This document shows positions 57,394 through 64,000 of a stretch of 64,000 nucleotides of DNA, one piece after another (the stretch's first letter is position 1; every line of letters begins with the position of its first letter). The stretch lies in NCBI GenBank assembly GCA_026395965.1, contig JAPLXS010000012.1, positions 115,977 through 179,976 on the forward strand, in the 5' to 3' direction. This DNA is from Candidatus Nomurabacteria bacterium (GTDB taxonomy: Bacteria > Patescibacteriota > Minisyncoccia > Phycocordibacterales > UBA9973). Under the pieces are notes generated by a model that saw nothing but the letters and a program-made list of their open reading frames with translations, was not told the origin of the DNA and ran no database searches. A program made the translations under genes and the position numbers.

Positions 57394-59853
57394 TTACAAA
57401 AAAGTAATAGAAGCTATGTTGTCACCTGATCTTAGTTTCATTACAGTCACACCTTGAGTCTGACGACCAGATGTAGGTATAGAATCTAAACTTACTCTTA
57501 TAACTTGTCCTTTTTGAGATACAGCAATAATCTCTGTTTCATCTTTTACTATTTTTGCAACAATAAGATTTCCTGTTTTAGCAGTAACTTTAGCTGTCTT
57601 TATACCTGAACCTCCCCGTTTTTGAGTTTTATATTCTTTTATATTTGTCTTTTTTCCAAGGCCATTTGAAGAAAGAGTTAAAATAGAAAGTGAATTTTCT
57701 CCTTTTGGAACTTTATCAACTCCAATAACAAAATCTCCCTTGCCAAGTTTTATGGCTCTGACACCTCCTGCTCCACGCCCCATCTCTCTGACATCATTTT
57801 CTTTAAAACGTATAGATTGTCCCAATGTCGTAGCAAGCATAACATCATCTCCTTTTAAAACAGCTAGTACAGCTTGAAGCTCATCGTCCTTGTCTAGTTT
57901 GATAGCAATAAGACCGCTTCTACGCACATCCTTAAAGCTTTCTGCGCTTACTTTTTTTGTTATACCCATTTTGGTAACCATCATTAGATTTTCTATGGTC
58001 TTTTTTGTTTCTTTATCTATTGGGAGTATTGAGGTTACTTTTTCTTCTGCACCTAAAGATATGAAATTCATTATTGATTTGCCTTTTGTTGCACGCTTTC
58101 CTTCTGGTATGTCGTACATTTTTATCTGATATGCCTTACCAAGATTGGTAAAGAACAACAAATCACTATGTGTATTTGCAGATATCATCATAGTTACAAA
58201 ATCTTCTTCTTTGGGTTCTATGTCTATCACTCCCACACCTCCGCGCTTCTGTGCATGATATTCAGATGGGTCTGTACGTTTTACATATCCACCTTTAGTA
58301 AATACTAAAACAGATTCTTTTTCAGGAATAAGATCTTCTTCGTTTATAGCTTTTACTCCTCCTTTTATAATACGAGTTCTTCTTGTATCACTGTATTTTT
58401 CTCTAATTTCTTTAAGTTCATCAGAAATTATCTTCATCATCTTTTTAGGATTTGCAAGTAATGCTTCTAATTCTTTTATAAGTTCTTGTTTTTCTTTCAA
58501 CTCAAGTTCTACATTTTTACGTTCAAGACCTGCAAGCTTTTGAAGCTTCATTTCTAAAATAGCCACAGCTTGTATTTCTGAAAATTTAAATTCTTTCATC
58601 AAATTAAACTTGGCAATAGCTGTATCTTTGGAACCACGTATAACAGTTATAACTCTATCTATGTGATCAAGTGCTTTTTTAAGACCCAAAAGAATATGTT
58701 CTCTGTCTTTTGCTTTTCGTAAATCGTATTCTGTACGACGACGAACAACAATAACTCTATGAGAAATAAATTCTCCTAGTAAACTCTTGAGTGACAAAGT
58801 TTGTGGTACTCCGTCTACCAATGCAACAATGTTGAAGTTAAATGATTGTTCTAGCTGAGTGTGTTTGTAAATATAATTTAAAACTTTTTGCGGTATTACT
58901 CCACTTTTTAGATCAATAACAACACGTATGTCTCTTGTGGATTCATCACGAAGACCCTTTATACCTTCAAGTTTTTTCTCTTGAATAAGAGTAGCTATTG
59001 ATTCTATGAGAGCAGATTTATTTACTCTGTATGGAATAGAAGTGATTATTATTTGGAAAGTTCCACTTTTTTGCTCTGCTATTTCTGCTTCACCACGAGT
59101 TACAACTCCACCGCGTCCAGTAGAGTAAGCATGCAATAAATCAGCTTGACCATAAACTACACCTCCCACAGGAAAATCTGGACCTTTTATAAACTGCATC
59201 AAGTCTTCTGTGGTTGCTTCTTTGTTTTCAATAAGATGTACTGTCGCATCTATAACTTCGGCCAAGTTGTGTGGTGGAATATTTGTAGCCATACCAACAG
59301 CAATTCCTAAAGTTCCATTTAAAATCAAACTTGGGACAGAAGTAGGAAGTATTGCAGGTTCTTTTCTAGTTTGATCATAGTTTGATCTAAAATCAACTGT
59401 TTCTTTTTCTAAGTCTAAAAGCAACAAAGAAGATACTTTTGACATCTTTGCTTCTGTATAACGCATAGCAGCAGCATTGTCTCCATCAATAGAACCAAAG
59501 TTTCCTTGACCATGAATAAGTGGATATCTATAAGAAAAATCTTGTGCCATATTTACCATAGAATCATAAACAGCAACATCACCGTGTGGATGGTATTTTC
59601 CGAGCACATCTCCGACTACTGCCGCACTTTTACGAAAACGTCCTTGGTGAGTAAGACCCATTTCATGCATGGCATACAAAATACGTCGATGAACTGGCTT
59701 AAGACCATCACGAACATCAGGAAGTGCACGGTCGGTAATAACCGACATAGCATAGTCTATAAATGATTCTTTCATTTCTGTACTTATATCAACAGAAACC
59801 ACATTTACATGATCATCTTTTATTTCTTCTACTATTTCTTTTTCTTTAGCCAT
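57394..59853 (-). CDS. gyrA: DNA gyrase subunit A
   Basis: [14 protein letters not shown], an active-site Tyr region (AAMRYTE) and a C-terminal beta-pinwheel; 819 aa. Confidence 0.9.
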   Translation of the reverse strand: MAKEKEIVEEIKDDHVNVVSVDISTEMKESFIDYAMSVITDRALPDVRDGLKPVHRRILYAMHEMGLTHQGRFRKSAAVVGDVLGKYHPHGDVAVYDSMVNMAQDFSYRYPLIHGQGNFGSIDGDNAAAMRYTEAKMSKVSSLLLLDLEKETVDFRSNYDQTRKEPAILPTSVPSLILNGTLGIAVGMATNIPPHNLAEVIDATVHLIENKEATTEDLMQFIKGPDFPVGGVVYGQADLLHAYSTGRGGVVTRGEAEIAEQKSGTFQIIITSIPYRVNKSALIESIATLIQEKKLEGIKGLRDESTRDIRVVIDLKSGVIPQKVLNYIYKHTQLEQSFNFNIVALVDGVPQTLSLKSLLGEFISHRVIVVRRRTEYDLRKAKDREHILLGLKKALDHIDRVITVIRGSKDTAIAKFNLMKEFKFSEIQAVAILEMKLQKLAGLERKNVELELKEKQELIKELEALLANPKKMMKIISDELKEIREKYSDTRRTRIIKGGVKAINEEDLIPEKESVLVFTKGGYVKRTDPSEYHAQKRGGVGVIDIEPKEEDFVTMMISANTHSDLLFFTNLGKAYQIKMYDIPEGKRATKGKSIMNFISLGAEEKVTSILPIDKETKKTIENLMMVTKMGITKKVSAESFKDVRRSGLIAIKLDKDDELQAVLAVLKGDDVMLATTLGQSIRFKENDVREMGRGAGGVRAIKLGKGDFVIGVDKVPKGENSLSILTLSSNGLGKKTNIKEYKTQKRGGSGIKTAKVTAKTGNLIVAKIVKDETEIIAVSQKGQVIRVSLDSIPTSGRQTQGVTVMKLRSGDNIASITFL

Positions 59854-59957
59854 TCCGTATAAAGAGAGTCTCGGTTGTTATTATCTTATAACTCACCAAT
59901 CCTACAAATCTAATTTATAATAATTTTATTTTCCACACCTTTAGCAAAAATTTTTAT

Positions 59958-60332
59958 TTATTCTGTCTTAGGTTCTACAACAATAAGATCTATCTGTTTC
60001 CCCTTTTTCACTTCAGGAATATTTTCTTCTTTTTGTTTACCGAGTGATGAAATATTTCCTACACTAGCAGTTACATTTTTGTACGCATCTGAAATAGTTT
60101 TACTAAAAAGAGAAAAAGGTTTTACATCTTCTTTTGCTTTAACAGAATTTTCGTCATTAAATTTAGAACTAAAACTATTTATCCAAATAAATCCAACAAA
60201 AGACATACAAACAATCAAAGAACCTATCAGTATTTGTTTTCGTGTATCTTCAGATTTTGATTTTATTTTATTTATATATTTTCGCATATAATCTTGATAA
60301 TTATGATGATAAAACGATGATTTCTCCTTCAC
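59958..60332 (-). CDS. Hypothetical membrane-anchored protein
   Basis: 124-aa ORF with one TM helix. Confidence 0.35.
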   Translation of the reverse strand: MKEKSSFYHHNYQDYMRKYINKIKSKSEDTRKQILIGSLIVCMSFVGFIWINSFSSKFNDENSVKAKEDVKPFSLFSKTISDAYKNVTASVGNISSLGKQKEENIPEVKKGKQIDLIVVEPKTE

Positions 60333-60927
60333 GACCAGCCAATTCTTTTGATTTGATCGTAAGCTTATCTAATGGTGTTATTTTTTCTTGGCCAGCCTCT
60401 TTCAAAAAAGCCTTGAGTGTTGTGTCGTCATAATCCATAGGAACGATAATCTTTGGTTCAAGAGATACCGCTAACTTATATGCTTCTGCGGGGCTCAATA
60501 ATTCTTTGTTTCCAATAGGAATAAATAATATATCAGGAGATGATATCTCGCCACGAGTAGCTACGTTGAATTTTTCATTTGAAATTGCTCCAAGGAAACA
60601 CAATGAAATATTTTCAATAGACAATGAATAAATAGTATTTATATATTTTTTACCAGAAATTTCTGAATCTGTTTTAATACCTTTTATAAAAATATCTTTT
60701 ATTTCATAGTCTCCTGGGCCACTTATCTCAAAAGGAACTGCATCTCCATGAGATACCATATCAAAACCATTATAATCAGGATGATTTGTAGTAGAAAGAG
60801 CGATATCAGAACCAAATTTTGATATTTTTTCAGAATATTTAGAATCCTTACTTATAGGATTAAAGGCTACGGTCAAACTACCCTGCCCGATTTTAAAGAA
60901 TTGTTTTCCTAAATATGTGATAATCAT
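60301..60927 (-). CDS. Metal-dependent hydrolase (UPF0173/MBL-fold-like)
   Basis: MIITYLGKQFFKI...start and His-rich motifs consistent with the beta-lactamase fold; 208 aa. Confidence 0.5.
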   Translation of the reverse strand: MIITYLGKQFFKIGQGSLTVAFNPISKDSKYSEKISKFGSDIALSTTNHPDYNGFDMVSHGDAVPFEISGPGDYEIKDIFIKGIKTDSEISGKKYINTIYSLSIENISLCFLGAISNEKFNVATRGEISSPDILFIPIGNKELLSPAEAYKLAVSLEPKIIVPMDYDDTTLKAFLKEAGQEKITPLDKLTIKSKELAGREGEIIVLSS

Positions 60928-61179
60928 GTTTTTATTATATCATCCTGCAGTAAATTTTGAAAGTTTTTAAATAATAAAAGTTACAACTTAAACTATTTTT
61001 AAATTTATAAAGACATATCAAATTTAAAGTAACAAAATATGCTTGATTAATAATTAAAAATGTAGTATATTTATATGTATTATAAGCTCGGTTTGAAGTT
61101 TAACCCTTTTTGTGTTTAGTTTAGAAAACAAAGAGATCTTCTGCTGTGCCGCGAGACGCGGTTTTTTTAGTAAAAAATT

Positions 61180-62310
61180 ATGAAAAAAGACAATAAAAGT
61201 GATATAGACAATATCGCAGAAAATGCAAAAATAGAACTTACTGGTATTGGTAAAATGTTGGACAAAGTAGAGCTTCCACCTCAAGTAGATGCACTTATAG
61301 AAGGTCCAGTTATATTAATCCAAAAATCATCTGTATATATCGACCTAGCACCATTTGGTACAGGTATCATATACGGACGTGAATTTATAAATGCTAAAGA
61401 CATAATCAAAAAAGTAAGTATTGGTGATGTTGTTAAAGCAAAAGTTGTTTCAACTGACAATGAAGAAGGTTATATAGAATTATCTTTGAAAGAAGCTAAG
61501 CAAGCTCTTATTTGGAGTGAAGCTGATAAAGCTATTAAATCAAAGATGCCTCTTGAACTTACTGTTAAAGAAGCAAACAAAGGTGGACTTATCTTAGATT
61601 GGCAAGGTATTGCTGGATTTCTTCCTGCAAGTCAACTAAAGAGCGAGCACTATCCAAGAGTTGAAGATTCAGACAAAGACAAGATATTAAAAGCATTAAA
61701 AATGCTTATCGGTAAACGTATTAGTGTTGTTATGATTTCAGCTTTACCTAAAGAAGGTAAACTAATCTTCTCAGAGAAAGATAACAACCCAGAAGAAAGA
61801 CAAGAAATTGTTGGTAAATACGCTGTAAACGATGAACTAGAATGCACTATTGCAGGAATCGTAGACTTTGGTATCTTCTTAAAATTAGAAGAAGGCCTTG
61901 AAGGTCTAGTTCATATATCTGAAATAGATTGGGGTCTAGTTGAAGATCCAAGAACTATGTTTAAGGTTGGAGATAAAGTTAAAGCTAAAATAATTGAAAT
62001 CAAGGATGGTAAAATATCTCTTTCAATCAAGGCTCTAAAAGAAAATCCATGGAAAGAATTTGAAAACACTCTAAAGAAAGGAGATATCGTTTCTGGAGTT
62101 GTAATAAAATTCAATAAACACGGTGCTTTAGTTTCTATAAAACAAGGTGTTGCAGGTCTTGCTCACAATTCAGGATTTGGTTCTGAGGAAAAGCTAAAGA
62201 AGACTTTGGAACTAGGTAAAACTTACAATTTCCAAGTAACTCTATTTGAACCAAAGGATCAAAGAATGACTTTAGTTTACTTAGAAGATGCATCAAAGAA
62301 AGTTGAATAA
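61180..62310 (+). CDS. rpsA: 30S ribosomal protein S1 (4 S1 domains, short form)
   Basis: Repeated S1/OB motifs (GDVVKAKVV..., GKYAVNDELECTIAGIVDFGIFLKL..., GDKVKAKIIEI..., GDIVSGVVIKFNKHGALVSI). Confidence 0.85.
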   Translation: MKKDNKSDIDNIAENAKIELTGIGKMLDKVELPPQVDALIEGPVILIQKSSVYIDLAPFGTGIIYGREFINAKDIIKKVSIGDVVKAKVVSTDNEEGYIELSLKEAKQALIWSEADKAIKSKMPLELTVKEANKGGLILDWQGIAGFLPASQLKSEHYPRVEDSDKDKILKALKMLIGKRISVVMISALPKEGKLIFSEKDNNPEERQEIVGKYAVNDELECTIAGIVDFGIFLKLEEGLEGLVHISEIDWGLVEDPRTMFKVGDKVKAKIIEIKDGKISLSIKALKENPWKEFENTLKKGDIVSGVVIKFNKHGALVSIKQGVAGLAHNSGFGSEEKLKKTLELGKTYNFQVTLFEPKDQRMTLVYLEDASKKVE

Positions 62311-62322
62311 TAAAACAAATAA

Positions 62323-62351
62323 AAAATCCCTCATTTATGAGGGATTTTTTA
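62323..62351. terminator. Bidirectional terminator hairpin between rpsA and pth
   Basis: aaaaaATCCCTCAtttaTGAGGGATtttttatttg. Confidence 0.65.
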
Positions 62352-62903
62352 TTTGCTGTTAAATTTATTCATTGCAATCTCTTTTCCTTCTAAAATAATT
62401 GATTGTATAACCTCATGAATATTTGGAGATATTTTTTCTTTTATAATTTCTAAATCATTTTTTGAAAAAGCACCTAGAACATCTGGCTTACGCAAAATAT
62501 TATTTTCATCCAAGATAGAAACTCCGACTCTAATACGGATAAATGATTGAGATTTTAAATGATTCATTATTGATTTTATTCCATTATGACCACCATCTCC
62601 TCTATCGTAAGAAATTTTTATTTGATTAAAAAGTAAATCTATATCATCATGAATTACAATAATATCTTGAGAATTTAATTCGTACTTTTTTTGAATATAA
62701 GAAACAGATAAACCAGATTCATTCATAAAAGTTTGCGGTTTAATATACTCAATACCATCATCACGATGGTATAAAAGTTTACCTTTTGAACTTTTTTCCC
62801 AATTAATATTTTTTAAAATATTATCAAGAATAATCCAACCAATATTATGGCGAGTATTTTTATATTCTATTCCTGGATTTCCAAGTCCTACTATTAATAT
62901 CAT
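62349..62903 (-). CDS. pth: Peptidyl-tRNA hydrolase (start taken at the internal Met MILIVGLGNPG)
   Basis: LIVGLGNPGIEYKNTRHNIGW and catalytic His/Asp regions (HDDID); the ORF track extends 11 codons further upstream. Confidence 0.85.
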   Translation of the reverse strand: MILIVGLGNPGIEYKNTRHNIGWIILDNILKNINWEKSSKGKLLYHRDDGIEYIKPQTFMNESGLSVSYIQKKYELNSQDIIVIHDDIDLLFNQIKISYDRGDGGHNGIKSIMNHLKSQSFIRIRVGVSILDENNILRKPDVLGAFSKNDLEIIKEKISPNIHEVIQSIILEGKEIAMNKFNSK

Positions 62904-63022
62904 TAATTTATAATACCACATATACCACTTACTCAAAATAGTTTATATTAACCACAAAAAATAAACACAACACACAAAACCCTATTCTGTCAATAGTATT
63001 TGTATGATAAAATATATGCTAT

Positions 63023-63643
63023 ATGGAAAATATAAACACCAAAATTGGAAATGAAAAATCTCCAGTTAAATCAAAATTTAAAGAAGGTCTTGAAAATTTT
63101 TGGGAACTTGTTAAGTTTGCAATAGTTGCACTCATAATAGTTATACCTATAAGAATGTTCGTAGCACAACCATTTTTAGTAAGCGGAGATTCTATGTTCC
63201 CTACTTTTCACAATGGAGAATATTTAATTGTCGATGAACTATCTTATATTATAGGTAGTCCTCATCGTGGAGATGTTATAGTTTTTCGTTATCCTGGTGA
63301 TACAAAAAGATTTTTCATTAAAAGAATTATAGGTTTGCCAAATGAAGAAGTTTCTATTAAGGACGGCATAGTTACAATAATAAACAAAGAAAACCCAAAA
63401 GGATTTACACTGGTTGAACCATATATAGATGAAAAATTTAACACAACAGACAATTACAAAACTGGAGATGGTGAATACTTTGTAATGGGAGACAATAGAA
63501 ACAGGAGCTCTGATTCTCGTGTATGGGCTGAACCGAACACAACTAAACTAACAAATAAATTAATAATAGGTAGAGCTTATTTAAGACTCTTACCACTCCA
63601 AAATATTTCTTACCTACCAGGATATTTTAAAGAAAATAAATAA
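63023..63643 (+). CDS. lepB: Signal peptidase I
   Basis: Catalytic Ser box VSGDSMFPTF and Lys box (RGDVIVFRYP...KRIIGLPNE). Confidence 0.88.
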   Translation: MENINTKIGNEKSPVKSKFKEGLENFWELVKFAIVALIIVIPIRMFVAQPFLVSGDSMFPTFHNGEYLIVDELSYIIGSPHRGDVIVFRYPGDTKRFFIKRIIGLPNEEVSIKDGIVTIINKENPKGFTLVEPYIDEKFNTTDNYKTGDGEYFVMGDNRNRSSDSRVWAEPNTTKLTNKLIIGRAYLRLLPLQNISYLPGYFKENK

Positions 63644-63657
63644 TTTTATATAAATAT

Positions 63658-64000
63658 ATGGAAAATAAAAAAACAAAAAAAGAACCTCTAACATCAGTAA
63701 AAGGAATGCGTGATATTATTGATGCACAATATTATCAATTTCAAGGTTTTTTTGAAAAAGCTCAAGAGATAGCTGTGTATTATGGTTTTAAACCAATAGA
63801 GACCCCTATAGTAGAACAAGAAGATGTATTCACCTCTTCGATAGGTATAGGCACTGATATCATAGATAAGGAAATGTATACCTTAAAAACAAAAGGTGGT
63901 GATCATTTAGCTCTTCGACCTGAACATACTGCTGGAATAATGCGTAGTTATATTGAAAATGGAATGCAATCTTTACCACAGCCAGTTATGTTTTACAGCT
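63658..64000 (+). CDS. hisS: Histidine--tRNA ligase, N-terminal part (runs off the window end)
   Basis: Translation from the ATG at 63658 gives MENKKTKKEPLTSVKGMRDIIDAQ...LALRPEHTAGIMRSY, class II motifs 1 and 2 of HisS. Not in the ORF track because no stop is reached. Confidence 0.85.
   Translation, partial: MENKKTKKEPLTSVKGMRDIIDAQYYQFQGFFEKAQEIAVYYGFKPIETPIVEQEDVFTSSIGIGTDIIDKEMYTLKTKGGDHLALRPEHTAGIMRSYIENGMQSLPQPVMFYS

Noticed and set aside
57394-59853. gyrA versus parC ambiguity
   Set aside because: The length (819 aa) and C-terminal repeat region favour GyrA. The absence of an adjacent gyrB is not informative in this lineage

Overview
The window is AT-rich (~30% GC) with small, tightly packed genes. 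The gene content looks like a reduced-genome bacterium, probably a Candidate Phyla Radiation (Patescibacteria)-type lineage. Clues: a short alaS, a GlmU N-terminal-only gene, a compacted ribosomal-protein cluster and several 2-TM pilin-like proteins. This lineage call is inference from gene content.

Both ends carry core housekeeping genes.
- 1-33.6 kb: dnaK/grpE, the rpsM-rpsK-rpsD-rpoA-rplQ-rplM-rpsI cluster with rpmJ and infA, alaS, mnmA, mltG, typA, rseP, frr, holB, mreB, priA, rpsU, ybeY, ftsA, ftsZ, trxB, tRNA-Val, tRNA-Ser and gpmI.
- 56.8-64 kb: gyrA, rpsA, pth, lepB and hisS.

The middle (~33.7-56.8 kb) is accessory.
- Two repeat-rich non-coding regions carry a shared 43-nt module, hairpins with a GCAG loop, and copies of the tRNA-Glu 3' end.
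- A candidate genomic island lies downstream of tRNA-Glu, bounded by direct repeats of the tRNA 3' end at 36936, 38020 and 50502. It encodes a histidine-phosphatase-family protein, two GrpB paralogues (one fused to a 2H phosphoesterase), a glycosyltransferase/pyruvyl-transferase cluster and a large serine recombinase.
- The standout gene in the island is a 1005-aa protein with an N-terminal caspase-like (peptidase C14 His/Cys dyad) domain fused to a Ski2/Hel308-like SF2 helicase. It is a candidate single-protein defence or abortive-infection module.
- Beyond the tRNA sits a tandem array of four paralogous 2-TM T4SS-pilin-like genes, followed by a gene encoding three IPT/TIG repeats fused to a C-terminal pilin-like domain.

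Other points of note are a PriA homologue with a degenerate Walker A motif, an inverted duplication of the tRNA-Val 3' half, and a (TAATTCT)n microsatellite upstream of frr.
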